Origin: Thermoanaerobaculia bacterium
Lineage (GTDB): Bacteria; Acidobacteriota; Thermoanaerobaculia; Multivoradales; UBA5704
Length of the DNA: 64,000 nt
Assembly: GCA_044226625.1 (NCBI GenBank)
Contig: JBGAGQ010000032.1
Coordinates: 1-64,000 of the forward strand
Direction: 5' to 3'
Below are positions 39,890-49,785 of the stretch, in pieces (the first letter of the stretch is position 1; the number at the start of each line of letters is the position of its first letter). The notes beneath the pieces were generated by a model that was not told the DNA's origin, searched no databases, and saw only the letters and a program-made list of their open reading frames with translations. Made by a program: the position numbers and the translations under genes.

Positions 39890-41067
39890 GAGTCCTCCAC
39901 GTCGTTCCGACCTACCTGCCGGCCTGGCGGCATGGCGGACCGATCCGCGCGGTCCACGGTCTAGCGCGCGCGCTCGCCGCGCGCGGCCACGAGGTCGAGG
40001 TCTTCACGACCGATCTCCATGGCACGGGCCGGCTCGACGTTCCCCTCGACCGGGCCGTCGAGCTCGACGGTGTTTCGGTGCGCTATTTCCCCGTCCGATC
40101 GCTCGCGCGGCTGGCCTATGCGCCAGACCTCGGGCGGGCGCTCGGCGACGTCTCCCGCTATAACCTCCTCCACCTGCACTCGGTCTTCCTCTGGCCGACG
40201 CTCGCCGCGGCGCGGGCAGCGGAACGGGCCGGGGTGCCCTGGATCGTCGCGCCGCGAGGCATGCTGGTGCCGGAGCTGATCGCCTCCCGAGGACGGTTGC
40301 GCAAGACGGTCTGGCTTCGGCTCTTCGAGCGCCGGACGATCGAGCGGGCGGCGGCCTTCCATGCCACGTCCGAGCTCGAGGCGAGCGACGCGGCGCGCCT
40401 CGGGTTCCGGCTGCCGAAGATTTACGTGATCCCGAACGGAGTCGAACCCGAGAACTGGTCGGGCGACCCCTCCCGCCTCTCCCCACGGGTCGCCTCCCTG
40501 GTCGAAGCGGCCGAGCCGTTCGTCCTCGCGCTCGGGCGGGTCAGCTGGAAGAAAGGGCTCGACCGGTTGATCGAAGCGATGGCCGCGGTTCCCGACGCGC
40601 TCCTGGCGATCGCGGGCAACGACGAGGAGGGGCTCACGCCGGAGCTCGAACGGCTGGCGGCCGAACGGCGCGTCGCCGACCGGATCCTGTTCCTCGGTCC
40701 GGTCGACGGCGAAGATCGGAGCGCGCTGCTCACCCGCTGTGCCTTGCTCGCGATGCCGTCGACCTCGGAAAACTTCGGCAACTCCCTGCTCGAGGCGATG
40801 GCCGCCGGACGCCCGGTGCTCGCCACACCGGGCGTAGGGCTCGCGCCGCTGATCGCCGAGGTCGGCTGCGGCCGGGTCGCCGCGGGCGATCCGGTCTCTC
40901 TCGGCCTCGCGCTACGCGAGCTCCTCGCCGATCCCCCGGCCCTCGACGAGATGGGCCGCCGCGGGCGCGCCGCCGCGCTCGAGCGCTACGGTTGGCCGCA
41001 TCTCGCCGCGCGGATGGAAGAGGCCTACCGCGAGATCGTCTCCCACGCCGGCCGGGAGCGCCGATGA
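39886..41067 (+). CDS. GT4 glycosyltransferase
   Basis: LHVVPTY...GGP, PRGML, LGRVSWKKG and ENFGNSLLEA; TTG start. Confidence 0.88.
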   Translation: MRVLHVVPTYLPAWRHGGPIRAVHGLARALAARGHEVEVFTTDLHGTGRLDVPLDRAVELDGVSVRYFPVRSLARLAYAPDLGRALGDVSRYNLLHLHSVFLWPTLAAARAAERAGVPWIVAPRGMLVPELIASRGRLRKTVWLRLFERRTIERAAAFHATSELEASDAARLGFRLPKIYVIPNGVEPENWSGDPSRLSPRVASLVEAAEPFVLALGRVSWKKGLDRLIEAMAAVPDALLAIAGNDEEGLTPELERLAAERRVADRILFLGPVDGEDRSALLTRCALLAMPSTSENFGNSLLEAMAAGRPVLATPGVGLAPLIAEVGCGRVAAGDPVSLGLALRELLADPPALDEMGRRGRAAALERYGWPHLAARMEEAYREIVSHAGRERR

Positions 41068-42230
41068 AGATCGTCTTTTTCGTCGAGCGTCCGACGCAGT
41101 TCGAGGTGCCGCTCTACCGCTTCGCCGCGGGCGACGGCATGCATTCGCTCCGCGTGATCTACACGGGCGGCGATCCGTCTAGCCCGGCTTTCGACCCCGA
41201 GCTGTCCCGACCGGTGGACTGGGGATTCGACCTCCTCGGCGGCTACGACTGGCAGGCGATGCCCCCCACGGGGCGCCGCCAATGGCTGGCCCGAGACCTC
41301 GCGCCAAGGCCGGACCTCGCGATCGTCAACGGGTACACGCAGCGGAGCTATCTCGTCGCGGCGATCGGAGCCCGTCGCCGGGGGGTACCCACCGCCCTAC
41401 GGCTCGACTCGGTCGTCTTCGGAAGCGACTCGAGCCCGGCCCTCAAAACGCTCGCCAAGCGGACGCTCTACCAAGCGGCGTTGCCCCGTCTTTTCGATCT
41501 CTTCCTGGGCGTCGGCACCGGCACCCTCGAGTTCCTGGCGGGCATGGGGATCCCCGCCGAGCGGCGAGGGCTCTTTCCCTATGCGATCGACGTCGAGAGC
41601 TTCCGCAGCCGGTCGGGGCTTTCCCCGGCGGAGCGCGTGGGTCGACGCGCGAGCCTCGGGATCGCGACCGACGCACGGGTCGTCCTCTCGCTCGCCAAGT
41701 TCGGCCGGCGCGAAGCGCCCTGGGACCTCCTGCGCGCCTTCCCCCCTCTGGCGGCATCGGATCCGCGTGCGACTCTGGTGCTGGCGGGCGACGGGCCGGA
41801 GCGCGGCGATCTGCAAGCCGAGGCGCGCTCCCTGGGCATTTCGGACCGGGTGGTCTTCCCGGGGTACGTCCCCTACCCCGACCTGCCCGCCCTTTATGCC
41901 GTCGCCGATCTCTTCGTCCATCCGGCCGCCGAGGAGCGCTGGGGGGTCTCCGTCGAGGAGGCCCTCGCCTGCGGTCTACCCGCGGTCGCCTCGGAGCGCG
42001 TGGGTGCCTCGCGCGACCTGATCGAGCCGGGGGCGAACGGCTACCGGTATCCGGCCGGGAACGTCGAAGCCCTGGGCCGCGCTCTCGAAAGCGCGCTCGC
42101 GCTCCCACCAAACCTCGTGGCGGAGACGAACCGCGGGATCCTCGCTCGCTGGGACTATGCCGCGACCTGGCGCCACCTTCTCGAAGCGGCGCGAAACGGC
42201 GCCCGGATCGACCGCTCCCGCCGCTCTTGA
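41064..42230 (+). CDS. GT4 glycosyltransferase
   Basis: AGDGPER and ERWGVSVEEA. Confidence 0.85.
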   Translation: MKIVFFVERPTQFEVPLYRFAAGDGMHSLRVIYTGGDPSSPAFDPELSRPVDWGFDLLGGYDWQAMPPTGRRQWLARDLAPRPDLAIVNGYTQRSYLVAAIGARRRGVPTALRLDSVVFGSDSSPALKTLAKRTLYQAALPRLFDLFLGVGTGTLEFLAGMGIPAERRGLFPYAIDVESFRSRSGLSPAERVGRRASLGIATDARVVLSLAKFGRREAPWDLLRAFPPLAASDPRATLVLAGDGPERGDLQAEARSLGISDRVVFPGYVPYPDLPALYAVADLFVHPAAEERWGVSVEEALACGLPAVASERVGASRDLIEPGANGYRYPAGNVEALGRALESALALPPNLVAETNRGILARWDYAATWRHLLEAARNGARIDRSRRS

Positions 42231-42288
42231 GCCGACCGGCCCAAGGTCCGCACCCGAGATTTCAAGGTACCATCCGCCCGCCCGCACC

Positions 42289-43167
42289 ATGAAGACTCCC
42301 CTGACCGTCCTCGTGACGACGCGCGACGAAGAAGCCAACATCGAGCGAACGCTCGCTTCGGTCCACGGCTTCGCGGACCAGATCTTCGTGATCGACTCGG
42401 AGAGCCGAGACCGGACGAAGGAGATCGCCCGCCGCTACGCCGACGACGTCGTCGACCTCGCGTATGAGCATGGGCGCATCATCCCCTGGATCTTCCAGTG
42501 GGGACTCGACCACCTGCCCATCCGCAACGAGTGGGTGCTGATTCTCGAGGCCGACCAGGCGGCGCCGGAGGCGCTCCGGCGAGAGATCGCGGCCATCCTC
42601 GCGCGCCCGGAAACGCCGGAGTCGGGTTTCTACATCCGCCGGCGCCAGATCTTCCGAGGTCATCCGATCGAGCACGGCGGCTACGGCGGCAAATACCTCC
42701 TGAAGCTGTTCCGACGCAGCCGCTCGGAGCTCGACCCGGTCGAGCAGGACACGCGCGTCTACGTCCGCGGCGCCACGGCGAAGCTCGCGGAGCCGCTCGA
42801 GGAGTGGAACAAGAAAGAGGACGCGATCCTCTTTTACCTCGAGAAACACCTGCGCTACGCCGAGGCGTTCGCGCGCGAGGAGTACGAGCGGCGGACGAAG
42901 AGGCTCCCGTGGAAGGCGACGCCGAGATTTTTCGGCACGCCCGACGAGAGGGTGCTCTGGTTGAAGAGCCGCTGGTATCGGATGCCGCTGTTCGTCCGAC
43001 CCTTCCTCTACTTCGGCTATCGCTATTTCTTTCTGTTCGGCTTCCTGGACGGCGCCGTGGGCACTCTGTTCCATTTCCTCCAGGCGTTCTGGTTCCGGCT
43101 GGTGGTCGACGTCCGGCTGGCCGAGCTGCTGCGCGAAGGGCGACCGCGCGAGGCGGAGCGCTCATGA
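42289..43167 (+). CDS. GT2 glycosyltransferase
   Basis: TRDEEANI, IDSESRDRT, WVLILEAD (DxD variant) and GFLDG. Confidence 0.87.
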   Translation: MKTPLTVLVTTRDEEANIERTLASVHGFADQIFVIDSESRDRTKEIARRYADDVVDLAYEHGRIIPWIFQWGLDHLPIRNEWVLILEADQAAPEALRREIAAILARPETPESGFYIRRRQIFRGHPIEHGGYGGKYLLKLFRRSRSELDPVEQDTRVYVRGATAKLAEPLEEWNKKEDAILFYLEKHLRYAEAFAREEYERRTKRLPWKATPRFFGTPDERVLWLKSRWYRMPLFVRPFLYFGYRYFFLFGFLDGAVGTLFHFLQAFWFRLVVDVRLAELLREGRPREAERS

Positions 43168-44951
43168 GTAAAGTCCTGGGCCTCTCGGTCTTCCACGCCG
43201 ACGCCTCGGCCGCGGCGGTCGAGGACGGCCGCTTCGTCGCCGGGGTCGAGGAAGAGCGTTTCCGGCGGATCAAGCACTGGGCCGGTTACCCCGAGCAGGC
43301 GCTGCGCTTCTGTCTCGACGAGCTGGGCGGCGACCTGCGCGAGATTTCGGCCATCGCGGTCGCGCGGAAGCCGCGCGCGTACCTGTTTCGAAAGGCGCTG
43401 CTCGCGCTCTCCCATCCGAGGAGCCTGCCGCGCGCGGCGTCGCGCGCGAAGAACCTCACGCAGATCGCGTCGCTCGACGAGCGGGTGGCGAAGACCTTCG
43501 GTACCGCGGCGCCCCCGCTGCGGGCGGTCGAGCACCATCTCGCTCACGTCGCCTCGGCTTTCTTCTGCTCGCCCTTCGAGGAAGCGGCCTGCCTGACCGT
43601 CGACGGCTTCGGCGATTTCGTCTCGACGATGACGGCGATCGGCCGTGGCCATCGAATCGAGGTGCTCGATCGAGTCCATTTCCCGCACTCGCTCGGACTC
43701 TTCTACTCCGCGATCACGCAGTTCTGCGGCTTTCTCGGCTTCGGCGACGAATACAAGGTGATGGGCCTCGCGGCGTACGGCGAGCCGCGTTTCGTGCGCG
43801 AGCTGCGCCAGGTCGTCCCCGCCTTGGACGGCGGCGCTTTCCGGCTCGATCTCCGCTATTTCCGGCACCTTTCCGAAGGGGTCGAGATGACCTGGGACGA
43901 CGGTCCTCCGCGCCTCGGGACGATCTACACGCCGGCGCTCGAAACGCTGCTCGGACCGGCGCGGAAACCCGACCAGGAGCTCTCCCAGGCCTACAAGGAC
44001 CTGGCGGCGTCGCTGCAGGCGGTCTACGAAGAGCGTTTCTTCGCCCTGGTGAACGCCCTCCTCCGCAAGACGGGAATGAGCCGCCTCGCGCTCGCGGGAG
44101 GGTGCGCGATGAACTCGCTCGCGAACGGCAAGCTGTTCGACCGGACCGACGCCACGGAGGTCTTCATCCAAGCCGCGGCGGGGGATGCGGGAACCTCGTT
44201 GGGGGCCGCGCTCTACGTCGCGCACGCGGAGCTCGGGGCTCCCCGCGGGTTCGTGATGGAGCACGGCGCATGGGGTCCTCGATACGGCTCCGCGGAGATC
44301 TCGGCCGCGATCGCCGCGCGGATTCCGAGCTCGAACGGACGCGACGGCCGCTTCCGGCTCGAGCAGGGGGAGATCGAGGTCGAGACCGTCGACGACGAGG
44401 CGCGCCTGTGCGCCGACGCCGCCGCGGCGATCGCGCGCGGCGAGGTGGTCGGATGGTACCAGGGTCGGTCTGAGTGGGGACCGCGAGCGCTCGGCCAACG
44501 CTCGATCCTGGCCGACCCGCGGCGCGCCGACATGAAGGACATCCTGAACCTCAAGATCAAGAGGCGCGAGTCTTTCCGGCCGTTCGCTCCCTCGATCCTC
44601 GCCGAGCGGACCGGCGAATGGTTCACCATCGACTACCCCGATCCGTTCATGATCAAGGTCTATCCGATCCGGCCGGAAAAGCGCGCGGCGATCCCGGCGG
44701 TCACCCACGTCGACGGCACTGGCCGGCTGCAAACCGTCGCCGAGCGGGCGAACCCCAGGTACCACCGGTTGATCTCGGCCTTCGAGAAGGAAACCGGCGT
44801 GCCGATCGTGATCAACACCTCTTTCAACGAGAACGAGCCGATCGTCAACCGGCCCGAGGAAGCGCTCGATTGCTTTCTACGGACACGGATGGATCGGCTG
44901 GTGCTGGGCGACGTGGTGGTCTCCCGTCGGCGGAGCGAGCCGACGTCATGA
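43164..44951 (+). CDS. O-carbamoyltransferase (NodU/CmcH/TobZ family)
   Basis: HADASAA, EEERF, EHHLAH, DGFGD, EYKVMGLA, GPRALGQRS, RESFRPFAP and NTSFN. Confidence 0.93.
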   Translation: MSKVLGLSVFHADASAAAVEDGRFVAGVEEERFRRIKHWAGYPEQALRFCLDELGGDLREISAIAVARKPRAYLFRKALLALSHPRSLPRAASRAKNLTQIASLDERVAKTFGTAAPPLRAVEHHLAHVASAFFCSPFEEAACLTVDGFGDFVSTMTAIGRGHRIEVLDRVHFPHSLGLFYSAITQFCGFLGFGDEYKVMGLAAYGEPRFVRELRQVVPALDGGAFRLDLRYFRHLSEGVEMTWDDGPPRLGTIYTPALETLLGPARKPDQELSQAYKDLAASLQAVYEERFFALVNALLRKTGMSRLALAGGCAMNSLANGKLFDRTDATEVFIQAAAGDAGTSLGAALYVAHAELGAPRGFVMEHGAWGPRYGSAEISAAIAARIPSSNGRDGRFRLEQGEIEVETVDDEARLCADAAAAIARGEVVGWYQGRSEWGPRALGQRSILADPRRADMKDILNLKIKRRESFRPFAPSILAERTGEWFTIDYPDPFMIKVYPIRPEKRAAIPAVTHVDGTGRLQTVAERANPRYHRLISAFEKETGVPIVINTSFNENEPIVNRPEEALDCFLRTRMDRLVLGDVVVSRRRSEPTS

Positions 44952-45778
44952 GCGTCCGAAAAGCGCTGCGCGACCGGGCACCCCGGCTGTTCCTCGCGCT
45001 GCGGACGCTGCGCTACGCCGTTCGCCCCGAGCGCCTGGACGGCAAGACCGCGGCGATCGCGCGGGCGCTCTGCGGAGCGGACCTCTCGGTCCTCTCCGGC
45101 CCGTTCGCGGGCCTGCGCTACCTGCCGTTTGCGAGCGGCAGCGGCCTCCTGCCGAAGCTCGTCGGCTGTTACGAGATGGAGATCCACCCGGCGGTCGAGG
45201 CGGCGTGCTCCCGCGGCTATCGCTCGGTGGTCAACATCGGCTGCGGCGAGGGCTACTACGCCGTGGGCTTCGCTCGGCGCCTTCCCGGGGCGCGCGTCCA
45301 CGCTTTCGACACGGACGTCGTCGCGCGTCAACGCACGCGCCGCCTCGTGCGGGAGAACGGCGTCGCCGACCGGGTCGAAGTTCGCGGGCTCTGCCGCTTC
45401 GAAGACCTCGCCCGATTCGCCGGTCCCAATTCGCTCGTGGTCTGCGATTGCGAGGGTTGCGAGCTCGAGCTGCTCGATCCGCGGGCGGTCCCGGCGCTCT
45501 CCGCGTCCGATCTCCTGGTCGAGCTCCACGACTTCATCGACCCCACGATCACGTCGACGCTCCTCGAACGCTTCGAGGCGACCCATCGGATCGAGCGCTT
45601 CGCGATGTCGGACCGCGCCCGGGCGAGCATTCCGTCGCTCGAGCGACTGACGCCGGAGCAGCGCGCGGCCGCCGTCTGGGAAGGGCGGCCGGCCGGAATG
45701 GAATGGGCCTGGTTCGAAGCGCGCGAAACGCCGGATCGACATCGAGCTTCGGCTCGGGAAGACGGCGAAACGGGATGA
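44948..45778 (+). CDS. SAM-dependent methyltransferase (FkbM-like)
   Basis: GCYE.E, VNIGCGEGYY, CDCEGCE and VELH. Confidence 0.78.
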   Translation: MSVRKALRDRAPRLFLALRTLRYAVRPERLDGKTAAIARALCGADLSVLSGPFAGLRYLPFASGSGLLPKLVGCYEMEIHPAVEAACSRGYRSVVNIGCGEGYYAVGFARRLPGARVHAFDTDVVARQRTRRLVRENGVADRVEVRGLCRFEDLARFAGPNSLVVCDCEGCELELLDPRAVPALSASDLLVELHDFIDPTITSTLLERFEATHRIERFAMSDRARASIPSLERLTPEQRAAAVWEGRPAGMEWAWFEARETPDRHRASAREDGETG

Positions 45779-46674
45779 TCGCCGAACGGACCAAGGCCGT
45801 TCTCGGCCCCTTGCTCGGCGAACGCGGTCTCGACGCGGTGCGCCGCGCCTGGCATCACCTGCGGGCGAGCGATCCGCGGCTCGCGGCACGGCACCGGCAA
45901 TTCGTCCGGGCGAACGCGGCGCTGCCGGCCGACGAGATCGAGATCCGTCCCGGCATTCGCCTGTCGATCGATCCGGGGGCACGGCACGGCTTCGAGCATT
46001 TCTGTTTTCGCTCGCTGGAGATGGCCCAGGAGCTCGACGGGTTCCTCGCCTGGTGCCGCGTCACCCGGCCGAAGCGGCGCCTGCTCGACGTCGGTGCCCT
46101 CCACGGCATCTTTGCCCTCGCGTTCTCGGCCGGCCGCGCCGGCGCCGCGGCGCTCGCGCTCGAGCCTTCGCCGCTCGCCTTCCCGGTGCTCGCCGAAAAC
46201 GTCCGACGGAATCCGGGGGCGGACGTCCGGGCGCTCCAGACCGCCGCGGGCGCGGCTCCGGCCACGATCGCGATGCGGCTCGACTGGCACCACCTCGAAG
46301 CGTGCGGAGAGGACGAGATCGGGGAGCCCGGTGTCCTCGCGATCCCGGTCCGGCCGCTCGACGAGATCTGCGCCGAGCAGGGTTTCGCCCCCGACGTGAT
46401 GAAGGTGGACGTCGAGGGATACGAGGTCGCGACCTTGTGCGGAGCCGAACGATTGCTCGCCGAGGAGCGGCCGGATCTCTTCCTCGAGGCGCATCCGCTC
46501 CATCTCGAACGGCTGGGGAGCTCGATGGCCGAGCTCTTCGGCCTGATGGTCGATCGGTGCTACGAAGTCTTCGATCACCGCGGCCGGCCGGTTCGCGCCA
46601 CCGCGTTCTCCCGCCTCCGCGCGGTGACGCGCTTTCGCTGCGTGCCGGTGGAGCGCGCGCGAGGCAACCGATGA
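45775..46674 (+). CDS. FkbM-family methyltransferase
   Basis: LDVGALHG, LEP, KVDVEGYE and LEAH. Confidence 0.87.
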   Translation: MIAERTKAVLGPLLGERGLDAVRRAWHHLRASDPRLAARHRQFVRANAALPADEIEIRPGIRLSIDPGARHGFEHFCFRSLEMAQELDGFLAWCRVTRPKRRLLDVGALHGIFALAFSAGRAGAAALALEPSPLAFPVLAENVRRNPGADVRALQTAAGAAPATIAMRLDWHHLEACGEDEIGEPGVLAIPVRPLDEICAEQGFAPDVMKVDVEGYEVATLCGAERLLAEERPDLFLEAHPLHLERLGSSMAELFGLMVDRCYEVFDHRGRPVRATAFSRLRAVTRFRCVPVERARGNR

Positions 46675-47477
46675 TCCTTCGCCGCCTCATCGAGCGTCTG
46701 AGCCGGGGCCGCGTCCTCCGCCGGAATCTGCCGGCCGAGCTCGGGGGCACGACGATCTTCGTGACGCCGGACGCCGCGCTCAAGTACTGGGGACGCGACC
46801 TCCGGCGGATCGATCCCGACCTGCTCGACGCCGCCACCGAGCTGGTGTTTCCTGGAGCCCGTGTTTGGGACGTCGGAGCGAACGTCGGTCTGTTCGCCTT
46901 CGCCGCCGCCTTTCTCGCGGGCGAAAGAGGGAGCGTCCTGGCGATCGAGCCCGATCCGTTCCTGGCGAGCCTTCTCCGGCGCTCGGCAGCGCACGAGCCC
47001 TCGAATCGATCCGCCAGGTCTTCGGGGGTTCTGGCGGCGGTCGAGGTGATCGAGGCGGCGGTGGCGGCGACCGATGGAGAGGTAGAGCTCCACATCGCCG
47101 AGCGGGGACGGGCCGCCAACCATCTCGCCGCGGTCGAAGGATCGTCCCAGGCGGGCGGCGTGCGCACGAGGCGCAGGGTCCGGGCGGTCACGCTCGACGG
47201 CCTGCTTCTGACCCACGCCCCTCCCGACGTCCTTAAGATCGACGTCGAGGGGGCCGAGATGCTTGTGCTCGGCGGAGCGAAAAAGCTACTCGCCGAGGCG
47301 AGGCCCCGCGTCTACTGCGAGGTCACGGAGGAAAATTCGGAGGCCGTCGGGCAGCTGTTCGCGGCGTTCGATTACGAGGTGTTCGACGCCTCGATTGCCG
47401 CGGCCGAGCGTCGCCCGCTCGGAGCGGCGCCTTGGAACGCGTTGGCCCTTCCCAAACCGAGAGAACTGCCGTCGTGA
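46671..47477 (+). CDS. FkbM-family methyltransferase
   Basis: WDVGANVG, IEP and KIDVEGAE. Confidence 0.88.
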   Translation: MILRRLIERLSRGRVLRRNLPAELGGTTIFVTPDAALKYWGRDLRRIDPDLLDAATELVFPGARVWDVGANVGLFAFAAAFLAGERGSVLAIEPDPFLASLLRRSAAHEPSNRSARSSGVLAAVEVIEAAVAATDGEVELHIAERGRAANHLAAVEGSSQAGGVRTRRRVRAVTLDGLLLTHAPPDVLKIDVEGAEMLVLGGAKKLLAEARPRVYCEVTEENSEAVGQLFAAFDYEVFDASIAAAERRPLGAAPWNALALPKPRELPS

Positions 47478-48601
47478 CGCAGGCCCAGGGCGGCCCCCAG
47501 CCGCCGATCCAACCGGCCGTTCGGCCCGCCATTCGAAAAACCGCGCGCGCGATCCTCTGGATCGCCTTGCTGATTCCGGTGTGTGAGATCGCGGTCCGAA
47601 CGGCGGAGCGTTTCGGCGCCCCGGTCGGCTCTCTATATTCGCTGATCGAGCCGCGAGCCTCCGGCCGATTCGTGCTCCGCCCGAACGCCGATCTCACGGT
47701 TCCCGAGCGCTACGGCAACATCCGATATCGCCTGAACCGCGAGGGGTATCGCGACATCGACCACCCCACGACCGCGGGAACGCGACGGCGTCTCGTGCTG
47801 CTGGGCGACTCGGTCACTTTCGGCTTGGGCGTCCCGCAGGACCGGATCTATGCCGCGAGGCTGGAGCAAGAGCTGTCCGGCAGCCAAGGCGGGCCGTATG
47901 AGGTCGTCAACCTCGCGGTCTTCGCGTACGACTCGCTCGACGAGCTGGCCGCCTTCGAGGAGGACGGCGCGAAATACCGGCCGGACCTCGTGATCCTTCA
48001 ATTTTACCTCAACGATTTTTCCGCCCGAAACAAGGTAGCGAACGTCGCCGCGGGATCCCCCGCCAAGCCAATGAGGAAGGCCCCGCCGAAGCCCACGATG
48101 GCGGAGCGGCTGACCGCGGCCAAGAACCGGGTGCTCTACGCCTCGGCGCTCTACCGCCGCCTCCACCAACTCGTCGCCGGGATCTCCTACCGGCTGTTTC
48201 ACGACCTGCGCCGAACCCGCTATCCGGAGACGCTCAACGCCGACGAGATCCGCGCGGACGCCGCCTACCTCGCCGCGAATCCTCGCGACGCCTCCGTACC
48301 CACCTTCGACGCGATCGCCCGGGTACGGTCCGCGGCCGAACGGGAGGGGGCGCGGTTCCTCCTCTATCTCTCCCCCGACGAAGTCCAGCTGTTCGACCGG
48401 CGGTACGACGCGGTGACGCGGCGGCTCCTCCGCTTCTGCGCCGCCCAGAAGATCTCCTGCTTCGATCCGCTACCGCGGTTGCGGTCGCGCGACGATCGGA
48501 GCCGCCTGTTCCTCGACGGCGTCCATTACAGCGCTTACGGTCACGAGGTGGTCGCCCGCCTCTTGGCCGAGGAGATCCGGCGCAGGGACCCGGTGCGATG
48601 A
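47474..48601 (+). CDS. SGNH/GDSL-family hydrolase with an N-terminal membrane anchor
   Basis: LLGDSVTFG, YLND and DGVH. Confidence 0.85.
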   Translation: MTQAQGGPQPPIQPAVRPAIRKTARAILWIALLIPVCEIAVRTAERFGAPVGSLYSLIEPRASGRFVLRPNADLTVPERYGNIRYRLNREGYRDIDHPTTAGTRRRLVLLGDSVTFGLGVPQDRIYAARLEQELSGSQGGPYEVVNLAVFAYDSLDELAAFEEDGAKYRPDLVILQFYLNDFSARNKVANVAAGSPAKPMRKAPPKPTMAERLTAAKNRVLYASALYRRLHQLVAGISYRLFHDLRRTRYPETLNADEIRADAAYLAANPRDASVPTFDAIARVRSAAEREGARFLLYLSPDEVQLFDRRYDAVTRRLLRFCAAQKISCFDPLPRLRSRDDRSRLFLDGVHYSAYGHEVVARLLAEEIRRRDPVR

Positions 48602-49785
48602 GCTCCACGGCCGTCGGCCCGGCGGCGGAGAAGCTCCACTTCGGGGGGCTCGACCCGCTCCGATTCCTCGCCGCGCTGTTCGTGGTGATCGGGCACATCC
48701 CTCTCAACCAGGCCAGCCGACACCTGCCGAGTCCCTCCTACGGAGCGCTGTTCTTTCGCGGCGCGCCCGCCGTTTCGTTCTTCTTCACCCTGTCCGGCTT
48801 CCTGATCACCTACCTGTTGCTCGTGGAGATCCGGCGCACCGGAACGGTGGCCGTGCGCAAGTTCTACCTCCGTCGGGTCCTGCGCATCTGGCCCCTCTAT
48901 TTCGCGGTAGTCGCCTTCGGGCTGGTGTTTTACAACCTGATCCTGCCGGCGGCGGGCATCCCGTATCGGGTCGAGTATTCGATCGCCACGGCGGCGCTGC
49001 TTTACGTCTGCTTCCTGCCCAACCTGATGAACAGCCTGTACACGGTCGGCGGGATCCTGAACCCTCTCTGGTCGATCGGGATCGAAGAGCAGTTCTACCT
49101 CGGGTGGGCGCCCGCGGTGAAGCGCTTCCACGCACGGCTTCCTCTTCTCCTCGCGGTCGTCTTCTCCGTCTCGTTCGCCATCTTCGTGGCCAATCGATAC
49201 GCCGTCTTCGGCACCGGCTGGGTCTTACTCTTCGTCGGGCAGCTCAAGTTCCACTACATGGCGATCGGCGGTCTCGCGGCGTGGGCGCTCCTGCGCCATC
49301 GCGAGCGGCTGTTCTCCGCCTGGCCTTTCGCCAGCCGGTTCGCCCAACTCCTGTTGCTCGCCTTACTCGCCGACTTCTATCTGTTCAACTGGGCAGGCTG
49401 GCGAAGCCCGGCCGAAGAGGTGGCTCAGCTGGCGCTCTACCCCTGGATGATCCTCAACACCGCGGCGAATCCCCGGCGCATCGTCTCGTTCGGTCGCGGT
49501 CGACTCGTCGGCCGCCTGCTCGACCATCTCGGGAAGATCTCGTACGGGATCTACATGCTCCACATGATCGCGGTCTACGCGACCACGACCCTGTTCGAGC
49601 ACACCACGTGGTGGCGCGACCGCGGCCTCGTCCCGTACTGCGCCGCCTACTACGCCCTCGCCATCGGTCTCGCGATCGGCCTCGCCCAACTTTCCTATCG
49701 GTTCTTTGAGTCGCCGTTCCTTCGCCTCAAGGACCGGGCCTACTCGGTCCTCGACGACGCGCCGTCGCCGTCCGCCGGTACCTAG
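48598..49785 (+). CDS. Acyltransferase-3 (OafA-like) membrane O-acyltransferase
   Basis: LDPLRFLA, FFTLSGFLI, RRVLRIWP, WSIGIEEQFY and SYGIYMLH. Confidence 0.92.
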   Translation: MSSTAVGPAAEKLHFGGLDPLRFLAALFVVIGHIPLNQASRHLPSPSYGALFFRGAPAVSFFFTLSGFLITYLLLVEIRRTGTVAVRKFYLRRVLRIWPLYFAVVAFGLVFYNLILPAAGIPYRVEYSIATAALLYVCFLPNLMNSLYTVGGILNPLWSIGIEEQFYLGWAPAVKRFHARLPLLLAVVFSVSFAIFVANRYAVFGTGWVLLFVGQLKFHYMAIGGLAAWALLRHRERLFSAWPFASRFAQLLLLALLADFYLFNWAGWRSPAEEVAQLALYPWMILNTAANPRRIVSFGRGRLVGRLLDHLGKISYGIYMLHMIAVYATTTLFEHTTWWRDRGLVPYCAAYYALAIGLAIGLAQLSYRFFESPFLRLKDRAYSVLDDAPSPSAGT

